The notes beneath the pieces were generated by a model that did no database searches, was not told where the DNA came from, and saw nothing but the letters and a program-made list of their open reading frames with translations. The position numbers and the translations under genes were made by a program. Of a stretch of 64,000 bases of DNA, positions 1 through 10,210 are shown piece by piece. The stretch spans positions 960,001 through 1,024,000 of the forward strand of contig CBDCTJ010000007.1 in NCBI GenBank assembly GCA_965222115.1, in the 5' to 3' direction. The number at the start of each line of letters is the position of its first letter. The first letter of the stretch is position 1. This DNA is from Planctomycetota bacterium (lineage in GTDB: Bacteria; Planctomycetota; PLA2; JAEUHO01).

Positions 1-1796
1 GCAAGCCATGTGACGACTTCCTCTAAGTCATCGCCAAGCACTGCACTGAGGGCCATTGCCGCGAGTCTCGCTGTGCCCTTTTCCTCTTTTTGATTAAAGA
101 AGAAGGTTACAAGATCTTCTGCCGCGGAACGAGCACCTTCGTGCTCTTGAATGATGCCCACCAACACGATTCTGGCCAGCGGATAATCTTCCGTGTGGTG
201 ATCGCAACTCCAGTCACGATCGAGGCAGTGATCTCGAAGAGTCCTGCAGAGTATTTCGCTGGTTCTCGAATTGCCGCTGCCTGCAAGAAGAGACGCAGCA
301 ACGGTTCGGACGTGCCAGTGGCTATCATCCAAATACTGAGTGATCAACGTACGCTGCTTCTCGCTGAGTTCGTCTCTCCTAAGGCTGGTGAGCGTCTCAA
401 GGACGAATAGTCGGACTTCAGGATTTTTGTCTTGTATGAAGTCATCGAGCAGGTTCTTGTCGCGCAGCTTGAGGAGGTCGCGAAAGAACCGTGGCGAAAA
501 TTCTCTGCGATGAGGTGAGCGCAACATAATGGGCAATACCGAACTGGCGTCGAACGTCCAGTTGGTATCTTCGATTGCATTACCGAGCCTGTAGACGTCG
601 TTGCAATCTGTATCCTCGTCGTCCAGCCAACGAGTAAGAAACGTAACAAGGTCGGGGGGTGGGTTCGGTCGTCCAATCAGTGCGGTCGCTGCGTTCTTTT
701 GAATCTCTCTATCTTTATAGCTCAGGAGCGGTGCCAAAATCGAATCTGCGCGCTCGCCAAAGGATGCGAGCGCCAAAGGAATCTTGCGTTTGATCATTAA
801 GGGGCGTGAATCAAATGCGTGGCAAAGCGCATCGAGAATTTTCTCGTCCTTGCAGCGTAAGCCATAGGCGCCACACCAATGCACGGCATACGCCACAATT
901 TGGTATTCACCTCGCGTGATGAGCGTCGCAATCGCATCCGTCGGTGTTGGCTCAAACTCCAGCAACGTTCGAATCATCCACTCGCGAGGGTCATTGTTGC
1001 TTTTCTCTGGAGCCAGTGCCTGGGTGAAAGCCAGTGTTGCATTGAGGAGCGGTTGAACAGCGTCTGCACCCATCGAGTGCATCATGGCGCGCCATTCGAT
1101 GAGTTCGTCCAATGTGCTGGTGCATGAATATAGGACGAGCGTTTTCTTAGCGTCCGAGTCGCATGATCGGATGTGCCAGGCAATCATTGCGTCGCAGATC
1201 GGCAGCCATCCTTCTCCGCGACATACATGCGCAATCGCCTTGTAGAGGTTGTGATCCGTGGGGAGTTCGCGCAGCAAGCGTTGAACGCGATTCAAGTGAA
1301 TCGAATCTAAGGTGTCGAGCAACAGCACGAGTTCTAGCGCGCGAATACGGTCCTTTGGATCCGGTTCCTGCAAGTAGTCGAGAACCAGCGACATGTGTTT
1401 GGGTAGTCGTGCTTTGCGCTCCTGAATCAATTCGTAGAGCTGGTCCTTAACTTGCTTGCGCAGCTGCTTACCGTCGAGCGTCGTGCTCAAGTAGTGCGAG
1501 ATGACAACGTCTAGGCCAATCTCGCCGGCGCGTACTCGGCGCTTGAGCTCCACGATGGCATCGATCTGTTTGTCGATGTTCGGACTCAAGAGTCCTTGTC
1601 GTGTCGACAGCAAAAGTGGAGACGAAGAATCGTGGGTCGAAACCGGTGCGCCTCGGAGCCCTGGCTCATTTTTGCTGGCACTAACTTGATCGTGTTCGCG
1701 TGTCGTCCGTTCGTTCTTCGGAGGATGAGCCGCAAGCAGGGCAACGAGAAGCACCACGATGACGGCCAGTGCGATTCCGATTGCCACTTTCTTCAC
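1..1796 (-). CDS. Membrane-anchored/secreted HEAT-repeat protein, partial (runs off left edge; absent from ORF track)
   Basis: Manual translation of the minus strand from GTG at 1796 gives an uninterrupted frame to the window edge. It starts MKKVAIGIALAVIVVLLVALLAA (hydrophobic N-terminus) and has HEAT-like motifs LLSYKDREIQKNAATAL, DKNPEVRLFVLETL and LDDSHWHVRTVAASLL. Confidence 0.8.
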   Translation of the reverse strand, partial: MKKVAIGIALAVIVVLLVALLAAHPPKNERTTREHDQVSASKNEPGLRGAPVSTHDSSSPLLLSTRQGLLSPNIDKQIDAIVELKRRVRAGEIGLDVVISHYLSTTLDGKQLRKQVKDQLYELIQERKARLPKHMSLVLDYLQEPDPKDRIRALELVLLLDTLDSIHLNRVQRLLRELPTDHNLYKAIAHVCRGEGWLPICDAMIAWHIRSCDSDAKKTLVLYSCTSTLDELIEWRAMMHSMGADAVQPLLNATLAFTQALAPEKSNNDPREWMIRTLLEFEPTPTDAIATLITRGEYQIVAYAVHWCGAYGLRCKDEKILDALCHAFDSRPLMIKRKIPLALASFGERADSILAPLLSYKDREIQKNAATALIGRPNPPPDLVTFLTRWLDDEDTDCNDVYRLGNAIEDTNWTFDASSVLPIMLRSPHRREFSPRFFRDLLKLRDKNLLDDFIQDKNPEVRLFVLETLTSLRRDELSEKQRTLITQYLDDSHWHVRTVAASLLAGSGNSRTSEILCRTLRDHCLDRDWSCDHHTEDYPLARIVLVGIIQEHEGARSAAEDLVTFFFNQKEEKGTARLAAMALSAVLGDDLEEVVTWL

Positions 1797-1953
1797 AGGC
1801 AGATCGTAGCGTGTTCGGCGAGGCGCGACGCGAGTTGCAGGCGACAGCACTGCACGATGAACTGCATTCTCATCCTCTGTGAGTGCGCTGGATCGCCCAA
1901 TCTGGCGCGAATCTTCCGTTCAGTGGATCACGGGTGGGAATAAACGTGGCGCA

Positions 1954-3078
1954 ATGCCGATAGGGATGGTCCAAAGGGGGCAGAGTATTGGTCCACGAGG
2001 GCGCCCCCACGGGCTCACGTGCCGGGAGCGCCTCATCAACTCTTCTTCTACGCTTACGTCCGACGAGAGCGTCGGTTCTTCGAAATCCCCTGCGCCTGCT
2101 ACCGGGCGCGAACTCTTGCGCAAAACGCAAGCATTCGCGGTGGAGTCCCGCGCGAGGAGTTGGTGGATCTTGGCGTCCACCATGACGGTTCTCTTTGGCT
2201 TTGGTGCGGGCGCCGCGCTACTCCCTTGGTGGCCCGCACGTCTTGCCGCTTCCATGGGCATGGCGCTAACGCTCGTGCGCTCGTTCATATTGGTTCACGA
2301 CTATCTGCATGGTGCCATGTTTCGGGGTTCCAAGGTGGCCGGTGCCATCCTCAATTTCTGGGCCCTTGTCATGCTCACGCCACCCCGTGTTTGGCGCGAC
2401 ACCCACAACTACCATCATGCTCACACGGCCAAGACCACGGGTCGCCAGCGTGGCACGTTCACGATGCTCACCACCGAACAGTGGCACAAGACCGGCTGGG
2501 TAAAACGTTTTGCGCATGCCTTTGAACGACACCCCCTTACGGTCTTGTTTGGCTATGTAACGGTCTTCTTGCTCAGCTTCTGCTTGATTCCCTTTGTACG
2601 AAATCCCAAGCGATATGCATCGAGCGGGTTGGCGCTTGTCTTGCATGCCGCCTTTGGCGCTGCGATCTACATGGTACTTGGCGTTGGCGCGTTCCTGTTT
2701 GCTTTCCTTATTCCGTTCTCGGTTGCGTCAGCCCTTGGCTCCTTACTCTTTTACGTGCAACACAACTTCGAAGGCATGCAACTACCCGATCACGATGCCT
2801 GGAATCACACCGACGCCTCGCTTCATGCTTCGAGCTACTTGAAACTAAGCCCGCCCATGCAGTGGTTCACTGGCAACATCGGCTTCCACCACGTACACCA
2901 TCTCAATCCCAAGATCCCCTTCTATCGCTTGCCCGCCGCTATGAACGCCATACCGGAACTCGCCGCACCGCATGCCATACGTTTGGATCCACGCACGGTT
3001 GTTCGCGCGTTTCGTCTGAAACTCTGGGATGCCGAACGCGGCGAGATGGTCAGCTACCGGGCCGCGCGGACGAACTAG
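1954..3078 (+). CDS. Membrane fatty acid desaturase (omega-6/DesA-like)
   Basis: Three His boxes (HDYLH, HNYHH, HHVHH), QHNF motif and TM segments. Start uncertain; the frame is open from 1879. Confidence 0.9.
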   Translation: MPIGMVQRGQSIGPRGRPHGLTCRERLINSSSTLTSDESVGSSKSPAPATGRELLRKTQAFAVESRARSWWILASTMTVLFGFGAGAALLPWWPARLAASMGMALTLVRSFILVHDYLHGAMFRGSKVAGAILNFWALVMLTPPRVWRDTHNYHHAHTAKTTGRQRGTFTMLTTEQWHKTGWVKRFAHAFERHPLTVLFGYVTVFLLSFCLIPFVRNPKRYASSGLALVLHAAFGAAIYMVLGVGAFLFAFLIPFSVASALGSLLFYVQHNFEGMQLPDHDAWNHTDASLHASSYLKLSPPMQWFTGNIGFHHVHHLNPKIPFYRLPAAMNAIPELAAPHAIRLDPRTVVRAFRLKLWDAERGEMVSYRAARTN

Positions 3079-3082
3079 TTCG

Positions 3083-4162
3083 CTATCCCCGCAGCCGCCG
3101 TCTTCGATTTCGAAGAAAGTCCACTAAGACGAAGCCTTCCAGTCGGGTGCTATCGGCGAAATAGGCTCGCCCGCGACACGACTCGGTAAAGCGTTCCACG
3201 AACCTCTTGAGCGTGGGATCGGCCGTGAGCATGAAGGTGGTCACGTGAATGCCGCGGCGTCGGCAGCGCATGCCTTCTTCCAACGTTTTGTTGACGACCC
3301 GCTCATCCAGTCCAAACGCATTCTTGTAAACCTCACCGCCCATGCTGATGGCCGACGGCTTGCCATCGGTCAACATGAAAATCTGGCGATTCACGTGTTT
3401 GCGGCGACGAAGAATGTCTTGCGCGGCAAGCAGCCCCGCGCGCGTGTTGGTGTGGAACGGGCCATTGGAGATGTAGGGCAAGCGTTCAAGCGGCACTTGC
3501 TTGGCTTCGTCGCCGAAGAGCACAACGTCAATCGTGTCACGCGGGTACTTGGTGAGAATGAGCTCGGTGAGCGCCAGTGCCACGCGCTTGGCGGGCGTGA
3601 TGCGGTCTTCACCATAGAGCGTCATCGAGTGGCTAACGTCGATGAGCAGCACCGTGGCACATGAACTCTGTCGCTCGCGTTCGCGTACACACAGATCATC
3701 TTCACGAACGATGCCGTTGCCAGCGGTGCGCCGGGCCCAACGTTTGAGCGTGGCGTGCGGGTCGAGTTGATCCACGCGGTCGCCAAACTGATAGGGACGT
3801 ACCGTCTCAACAAATTCACCTGCGCCACCATCGCGCAGCGTGCGGTGATCCCCGTCGGCTCGGGGGGCCATCTGCGAAAACACATCCGTGAGCGCTTGTC
3901 GGCGTATGGCGCGCTCGCCCTTGGGTGTCATGCGCAGCGACTGCCCTTCACTACGAATCTCTCGCGCCTTCTCAAGCAATGATTGAAACTCTTCGATGCC
4001 GAAATCGGGACGCCATAGGCCGTAACGTTCGCCAAGTTCATCCAGCGTGTCAAGCGAGAGTTCGACGTCACCGTCCATCACAATCAGCAATTGTCGAAAG
4101 ATGCGCAAGAGGTCTTGGATGAGCGCTGCGAGCTTGTCTTGTTTCGCGTAGCGCCAGTGCAC
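3083..4162 (-). CDS. VWA-domain protein, partner of the adjacent Mg-chelatase-like ATPase
   Basis: MIDAS DVSHSM, HTNT and LTDGKPS motifs; 3-nt gap from the upstream ATPase. Confidence 0.88.
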   Translation of the reverse strand: MHWRYAKQDKLAALIQDLLRIFRQLLIVMDGDVELSLDTLDELGERYGLWRPDFGIEEFQSLLEKAREIRSEGQSLRMTPKGERAIRRQALTDVFSQMAPRADGDHRTLRDGGAGEFVETVRPYQFGDRVDQLDPHATLKRWARRTAGNGIVREDDLCVRERERQSSCATVLLIDVSHSMTLYGEDRITPAKRVALALTELILTKYPRDTIDVVLFGDEAKQVPLERLPYISNGPFHTNTRAGLLAAQDILRRRKHVNRQIFMLTDGKPSAISMGGEVYKNAFGLDERVVNKTLEEGMRCRRRGIHVTTFMLTADPTLKRFVERFTESCRGRAYFADSTRLEGFVLVDFLRNRRRRLRG

Positions 4163-4165
4163 GGG

Positions 4166-5668
4166 TTATTCGCCGAAGCCTGCAAACATGCGCTTGAGCA
4201 TGTCGCCGTACTGAATGCCGTCCGGAGAACTGTCTTTGGCAAGTAGCGAGGCTTGATGGAGCCCTTCAAGGACCAGCTCGCAGCCTGCGTTCAACTCGGC
4301 CGCACTCATGCGACCGCCGCTAGGGTTGAGGTACTGGTGAACCAGCTCATGCAGCGTGGGCACGGCACTCAAGGCGGCCTGCATGTCGGTTTGATCTTGA
4401 ACGACTACAGCGTGGCCTTCCGCAAACCAATCCACGATGGCTTTGTAGGGATCGTCAATAGGCTCGGCGGTTGACGCGCGCTCATTGCGTTCATAGGGCG
4501 GCGGAAAGTAGTCACCAAACGTGGCGGCAATACCCTCGCCCACAATGCGTTCGGCAACGGCCGCGGGTCCTTCGCGTTCGCCCTCAAAGACGAGTTCGAT
4601 TTTCCCTGTAACGGCACTGAGCGCCGCAAAAACATCGGCCACGCGAGCTGAGGCTTCGCGCGCGTTTTGCTGGAGCGCTCTGCGTTCGGCGTTGCTAATG
4701 ACATTTTCCAAGAGCGAGATGGGAAGGCGCGCCGAAACGCCCGAGGACTGATCGACAAACGTGCTCTTGCGCGCCTCGAACGCACAACGTTCAATCGCTT
4801 CGCGTAAGAACCATGGAATGTGAATGCGAACGTCTCCGCGGTTCACGTAGGCCTCTTGATCGGTGATCGTGCGCGCGGTTTCGAGGTCGCGCGGATAGTG
4901 CGTGAGAATCTGACTGGCGATGCGATCGCGAAGCGGCGTGATAATGGAACCGCGGTTGGTGTAGTCTTCGGGATTGGCCGAAAACACCAGCAACACATCG
5001 AGCGGCAATCGAATGGGATGGCCGCGAAGTTGGACGTCGCGCTCTTCTAGGAGATTGAGCAAGCCCACCTGAATCCGCGGCGCCAAGTCAGGGATTTCAT
5101 TCATGGCCACAATGCCGCGGTTGGTGCGTGGAATGAGTCCAAACTGCAGGGCATCTTCGTCGTCGAGCGAAATGCGCTCATTGGCGGCCTTGATGGGATC
5201 CACATCGCCGATTAGATCAGCGATCGTTACATCGGGCGTGGCGAGTTTCTCTTGATAGCGGGCCGCTCGCGGTATCCATCGAATGGGTGCGTCGTCGCCC
5301 CTTGTCTCCACAAGGGCTGTCCCGCGACGTGAGATAGGCGAAAACGGATCGTCATTGAGATCGCACCCGTCAAGCGCAGGCAACCACGGATCCAGGAACT
5401 CCGACAACTGTCGCAAGATGCGCGTCTTCCCCTGGCCTCGGAGTCCTAGCAGAATGAAATCGTGCTTGCTGAGAATCGCGTTCTCAAGTTGGGGGATCAC
5501 CGTGTGCTCATAGCCGTGGATGCCGGGCCAGCGTTCAGCGGTCGCTGTGCGCGTTTTCATGGCGGCGATCAAGTTTTCGCGCAGTTCATCGCGCACGGAC
5601 CTTGACGTCCATCCTGATGCACGAAGTGCGCCTCGCGTAGTGGGTGGGGAGGGAGACGGGGTATTCAT
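4166..5668 (-). CDS. Magnesium-chelatase-like AAA+ ATPase
   Basis: Walker A GLRGQGKT, Walker B variant AMNEIPDL, SANPEDYTNRG. Start set at MNTPS; the track ORF extends to 5755. Confidence 0.88.
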   Translation of the reverse strand: MNTPSPSPPTTRGALRASGWTSRSVRDELRENLIAAMKTRTATAERWPGIHGYEHTVIPQLENAILSKHDFILLGLRGQGKTRILRQLSEFLDPWLPALDGCDLNDDPFSPISRRGTALVETRGDDAPIRWIPRAARYQEKLATPDVTIADLIGDVDPIKAANERISLDDEDALQFGLIPRTNRGIVAMNEIPDLAPRIQVGLLNLLEERDVQLRGHPIRLPLDVLLVFSANPEDYTNRGSIITPLRDRIASQILTHYPRDLETARTITDQEAYVNRGDVRIHIPWFLREAIERCAFEARKSTFVDQSSGVSARLPISLLENVISNAERRALQQNAREASARVADVFAALSAVTGKIELVFEGEREGPAAVAERIVGEGIAATFGDYFPPPYERNERASTAEPIDDPYKAIVDWFAEGHAVVVQDQTDMQAALSAVPTLHELVHQYLNPSGGRMSAAELNAGCELVLEGLHQASLLAKDSSPDGIQYGDMLKRMFAGFGE

Positions 5669-5872
5669 TGCTCGTGACAACTCCGAGTTCGCGGATGCGC
5701 AGTGTGCCCTCGTGCGCCTCATGGTAGTGGGGTCCAAGGGGCCACGCCGGTCCAACAGAGGCCGGGGTCACCTTGGATTCTGCGAGATCGTCCACGCATC
5801 TCTTGATCAATCTCGACCGGGGCGCTCGGTTGTGCGATACGGTGTGCCGCAGCGCGCTACGGAGAATGCACC

Positions 5873-6289
5873 ATGCCCTACGATCCAGCCCTTGTTGCCC
5901 CCATGCGAAACGAACTCGCAAGCCTCGGCGTCGAGGAACTCATGACGGCCGACCAGGTGCGTGACTTTGTTGCGCGCGACGGCACGAAGTTCATTGTCAT
6001 CAACTCCGTGTGTGGTTGTGCCGCGGGCATGGCGCGCCCAGCCGTGAGCATCGCCAAAGGACACACGGTGCAGCCCGACGCCATCGGCACCGTGTTCGCT
6101 GGACAAGACCTCGACGCCACGGCAGCGGCCCGCGCGGCGTTTGGCCAAGTACCACCGAGCAGCCCGTCGATGGCACTACTCAAAGGCAATGAACTCGTGT
6201 GGTTTTTGCCCCGTCACATGATCGAGAACCGCGACGCACAGACGATCGCCTTCGACATCGTTTCGGCGTTTGACGAGCACTGCCAGTAA
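5873..6289 (+). CDS. BrxA/BrxB family bacilliredoxin (YphP/YqiW-like)
   Basis: Signature INSVCGCAAGMARP, TVFAGQD and PPSSPSMAL. Confidence 0.92.
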   Translation: MPYDPALVAPMRNELASLGVEELMTADQVRDFVARDGTKFIVINSVCGCAAGMARPAVSIAKGHTVQPDAIGTVFAGQDLDATAAARAAFGQVPPSSPSMALLKGNELVWFLPRHMIENRDAQTIAFDIVSAFDEHCQ

Positions 6290-6292
6290 GTC

Positions 6293-6592
6293 GTGGGTAC
6301 GTTTCACAGCCACAAAGGGGAGCTCCACGGCATCACCGTTGTTGTGGAAACGAGAGACAACCGTATTTTTGTGGGTCGCTGCGACACAGTGACGACCGAG
6401 GAAGTATTGCTGCTCGATGCCGACGCGTTTCCGGCCCTCGAAGGTCTAACGGTTGACAATCCACCTGCGACTCGTGACGCATTCTTGGATGGCGCGAAAC
6501 GTTTTGGGGTGTGGCCGCGCATTCCGCAGATTGCGGTTCCGTGTTCTCACGTGACTTCGATCACGCGGTTAACGGATCTTGCCACGCAGTAG
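6293..6592 (+). CDS. Small hypothetical protein (possible Sm-like beta fold)
   Basis: 99-aa ORF 3 nt after the brx stop; beta-rich pattern ITVVVET...IFVGRC...VLLLDAD. Confidence 0.7.
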   Translation: MGTFHSHKGELHGITVVVETRDNRIFVGRCDTVTTEEVLLLDADAFPALEGLTVDNPPATRDAFLDGAKRFGVWPRIPQIAVPCSHVTSITRLTDLATQ

Positions 6593-6612
6593 CCACCCTT
6601 AATAACCCTGCC

Positions 6613-8553
6613 TCAATAGCCCGGTACGCAAACGATACCCTCTAGTACGTCACGCAACGTCTGACTGTGCTTGATCATGGACGTGGGCTGGCCGTCAATT
6701 ACGGCCATAAACGTTTGAACGCCATCGGAGGCGATGCCGAATCGGCGTTCGCGATTGCTCGTGCGATGCAAGACCCAAAGACGTCCTGGGTTGCCCGCGA
6801 TATTGATTTTCTGACCCTCGCCTTGGATGGCGGCGGGACTTGCCACCTTGGCCATGCGTGCGAGGTTGGGCTGCGAAAGGCCCATCGCGTGTGAATGAAT
6901 GGTTACGGCGAGCGTGCGGTCATTCGACACGACGGTGGCGACGAGTGGACTGGCAAGATTGTCTGAACCGCGCGCCTGCCAACCCTTTGGAACCGGAATG
7001 CCAATGCCACGACGCCGATTGACATAGCCCACGTCTTTGAACGGATCAGGAATGCCATCGCCGTCCCCCGCATCTCGCTCGCTCTTCTCCATGTTCGTGC
7101 GGCGAAGCGCCGCGATCGCACGCTTCAAGTGTTCCTTGTCCGGCGCGCCGTCAATAATTCGAAGCTCGTGGCCGGTTTGAATCATGGTGCCTTCACCATG
7201 TGGCGTGGTGTAGGACAGCGTGAATTCATCGTCACTCGATTTGGGCGACGCCTCGCGATACGCCTTGCCATGGACGGCGCCGTGCGCACGTCGAAATGCC
7301 TCGGTTGCTTCCTTGGCATCCTTTCGCGTGTCAAAGGCATATGCATGAACAATCATGAGCGGCGTCGCGTCGTCTCGGACGAGGTATCTGACGTGCCCAC
7401 CATCCCATCCGGCGGCCGCGCGATGGGCGAATGACGAGACAAAGTTACCCATGTGGACGCGCGCTGCAATCGGGCGCCCGTAGGCGCCGGGTAACGGGCG
7501 CGCCCGTACCGCGTTCTTGTCGGCGGGGATGCTCGCGAGATGGTCAAGCAGCATAGCGAGATCAAGTTCACCGATGGGATGTTCGTAGAACACCGACCAA
7601 CCTTCGCCGATTGATGACGCGGTGTCTTCCGGCCAGTGAATTGTGCGCGGCAGATCTCTGCGATCGGGATTGAGCCAACGTTCTGGATGCAGCCATTGTT
7701 CTTGCGTGGTGGGTGGATTCTTGAAGAGTCTGTTCATGGTTTCTGGCAGCGACGCGGTTTGCGATTGTTGCGTCGCACGAGACACGAGCGCAGGGCCGGC
7801 TCGGTAGTGAAGCAGCGAGGGAGTAATCATGAAGGCCGGCGTTTCTTTCATTACGCGCGCTTGCGCCTTGCCGTCTTTTTGCTTCTGAGGCGAGTCGGCC
7901 ATTTCGTATTCGAATGACGCACGCGCCACCTCGGGGTGCTGCGTTTCATAGCGCAATCGAACAGCTTCGGCGCAACCCTCGAACAGGCATCGACCGGCAA
8001 AGAATCGATCGGGGTCCTCTTCGTAGGCTTCTTCCATGGCCTCAAAGTCGAAGTGTTGATCGTCAAGGGCGTGCACGAGTTCATGCACAAGGGTAGGGAT
8101 CTGTGCCTTACCCAATGGGCCCTCAACCAGCACCATGGTCTTCTCTTCGCGGTCGTAGTACCCGGCCACGAATGCGCCAAACATTTTGATGCTCATCGAA
8201 GTGACGTCTTCACCCGGGCGCAGTACCCCTACACGCTTGTAGATGCGATCGTCTCGCGCCCGCTCGTCGGCGGGATACTCCTTGTCCATCATGAGTCGCA
8301 GTTGGTCTCGTAGCGCTTCACGATCGAGAACGCGAACCGGTACGGGCTTCTTCCAAGCAAGGCCCCGTATTTTGGCGACCTCAGGCATCAACGACTCGAG
8401 GAGCTTCTGCGCCGCAGCGTCGGTTTCACGTTGTTTCTTCGTTCGCGGCTCGGGAGGAGAATCCTCTTTGGCGGAGAGCGGAGCGGCCACGTTGAATGAA
8501 AGCAACGCGAGTACAATCATCGCAAATGAGGCACGCAGCATGACGTTCTCCAA
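6613..8553 (-). CDS. Secreted putative zinc metallopeptidase (HExxH)
   Basis: Signal peptide; motifs AGYYD, TLVHELVHALDDQHF, LFEG, PPTTQEQWLHPE and AAAGWDG. Confidence 0.8.
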   Translation of the reverse strand: MENVMLRASFAMIVLALLSFNVAAPLSAKEDSPPEPRTKKQRETDAAAQKLLESLMPEVAKIRGLAWKKPVPVRVLDREALRDQLRLMMDKEYPADERARDDRIYKRVGVLRPGEDVTSMSIKMFGAFVAGYYDREEKTMVLVEGPLGKAQIPTLVHELVHALDDQHFDFEAMEEAYEEDPDRFFAGRCLFEGCAEAVRLRYETQHPEVARASFEYEMADSPQKQKDGKAQARVMKETPAFMITPSLLHYRAGPALVSRATQQSQTASLPETMNRLFKNPPTTQEQWLHPERWLNPDRRDLPRTIHWPEDTASSIGEGWSVFYEHPIGELDLAMLLDHLASIPADKNAVRARPLPGAYGRPIAARVHMGNFVSSFAHRAAAGWDGGHVRYLVRDDATPLMIVHAYAFDTRKDAKEATEAFRRAHGAVHGKAYREASPKSSDDEFTLSYTTPHGEGTMIQTGHELRIIDGAPDKEHLKRAIAALRRTNMEKSERDAGDGDGIPDPFKDVGYVNRRRGIGIPVPKGWQARGSDNLASPLVATVVSNDRTLAVTIHSHAMGLSQPNLARMAKVASPAAIQGEGQKINIAGNPGRLWVLHRTSNRERRFGIASDGVQTFMAVIDGQPTSMIKHSQTLRDVLEGIVCVPGY

Positions 8554-8639
8554 GGAGAGCGCATCCTAAACGTCGCAGAGCGGCGGATTCTGCATTCCGT
8601 CGGCAGGAATCCTCGAAGCGGCGTTAAGATCACGCCCCT

Positions 8640-9206
8640 ATGCCTGACTCGTTCGAACTCACCACGCCCGACACCATCGTTCTGGTGGTCTGCGCCATTT
8701 TTGCCATTCGCGGTGCCTTCAAGGGCTTCGTGTGGCAGGCCGTGCGGACCGCGGGGTTGGTCGTGGGATTGTGGGCCGCCACCAAATGGTATGCGCCGTT
8801 TGGTGAGTGGCTCAATGAGCATGTGCCTGCCATTCCGGATGTGGCAGTTACACCGTTAGCGTGGGTCCTCATTGCTGTTGGCATCTTCTTTGTGGTGTCG
8901 TTTCTCGCCCACATGGCGCGTGGTTTTGTGCGCGAACGCGAGTTGGGCTTCGCGGATCGACTCTTCGGCTTCGCTCTTGGCGCGGGAACCGGACTCGTGC
9001 TTTGCACCGCGGGCTTCTTGCTATGGGGCAGCTTCTTCTCGGATCAAAAGCTGCGTGAGACGCTAGAAGGGTCCTACTCGGTGCGCTACATGGCGAAGGC
9101 CGTCGAAGTTGTGACACCCTTCGTACCCGAGCCCATCCGCCGCCGTTGGGGTGGTGTGCTCGGCACCCTCCACGAGATCCAACCCGCCCTCCCCTCCACC
9201 GACTGA
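8640..9206 (+). CDS. cvpA: CvpA (colicin V production) family membrane protein
   Basis: D.IVLVV...AIRGAFKGFV and LGFADRLFGFALG patterns; four TM helices. Confidence 0.85.
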   Translation: MPDSFELTTPDTIVLVVCAIFAIRGAFKGFVWQAVRTAGLVVGLWAATKWYAPFGEWLNEHVPAIPDVAVTPLAWVLIAVGIFFVVSFLAHMARGFVRERELGFADRLFGFALGAGTGLVLCTAGFLLWGSFFSDQKLRETLEGSYSVRYMAKAVEVVTPFVPEPIRRRWGGVLGTLHEIQPALPSTD

Positions 9207-9237
9207 CGCGCCACAGAACCCAGGTATTTCTGGCGCG

Positions 9238-10110
9238 TTAGTCGTCGAGGACGTCGAAGCCGTCGGCCTCGATGAGGGGGCCAAGGTCGTCGGGAATTTG
9301 GTAGGCGCCGGGAGGATTGGCGTCAGGTGCGTCGGGATCGGTTGGGTTAGAAACTGGAGAATGGGTAACCGGGACATCGCTGTTGGGGTTGGGCGAAGTC
9401 GTTGCTGGGGTATCGGTCGTGGTGGGTGATGTTGCAGACGCGGCTGGCATTGGTTTCGGTTGGTCGGGGACCGAATAGGTTGGCGTGGGAATGCCAGCGC
9501 CGTCGCGATACTCGAAGCGCGCTAGCTCGCGGAGTTTGGCGACACGCTCGTCAATGAGACCCCTTGGAATCGTTTCGCCCGCAGCGCGGCGCGCCAAGAG
9601 ATCGACGAGTTCGGCGTCGTAGTGACGATCGCCGTTTACACGCAACGTGGGCAGCAAGCCGGTCTTCGTAAGTCGTTCCAATGCTGCGGCATCGACGTAC
9701 AGCCGTTGCCGCACCGCTTCTTTGCGGAGCAGGCGATCCACATCTACATGTCCAGTCAACTTGGACGTGTCTCGCGTGGCCCGACGCGCTTTGCTTGAGG
9801 GGGGCGAGAGGCGTTCGAGCCAATAGGTGCGGATCGATGACTCATCGGTGGGGGCCCGCCCAGACGCGGCATCGACCCACGCTGCCGGAAAAACCCACGC
9901 GCCATCTTGCCAGAGCGCAGGAATCTGGCGCGAGCGCGCTTGACGGATCAATCGCTTGGGATCGCAGTGCAGCGCCTCGCTTGCATCCGCAAGGTCGTAG
10001 CGTTGGGGGGCGTCCAAATGGGGCATCGCCATGCACTGTACCCGAGGAGGCGGCGGCGTTCGTAGAACGCGTTTCGGCGGGTTCGTCACGACTTGGTATC
10101 GGTTTGCCAT
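9238..10110 (-). CDS. Putative DNA-binding protein with two excisionase/MerR-like HTH domains and a Pro/Thr-rich tail
   Basis: YDLADASEALHCDPKRLIRQARSRQIPA and LLRKEAVRQRLYVDAAALERLTKTGLLP..NGDRHYD resemble HTH_17 domains. Start uncertain. Confidence 0.6.
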   Translation of the reverse strand: MANRYQVVTNPPKRVLRTPPPPRVQCMAMPHLDAPQRYDLADASEALHCDPKRLIRQARSRQIPALWQDGAWVFPAAWVDAASGRAPTDESSIRTYWLERLSPPSSKARRATRDTSKLTGHVDVDRLLRKEAVRQRLYVDAAALERLTKTGLLPTLRVNGDRHYDAELVDLLARRAAGETIPRGLIDERVAKLRELARFEYRDGAGIPTPTYSVPDQPKPMPAASATSPTTTDTPATTSPNPNSDVPVTHSPVSNPTDPDAPDANPPGAYQIPDDLGPLIEADGFDVLDD

Positions 10111-10210
10111 GGATTCTTCGGAACGCGACCCGTTCGTCCGTAAGGTCCATAGGTCAATCCGTGTTCGTTGCCCGCGGGAATCGACCGATTGAAAGGCGAA
10201 GGAGGCCCTC

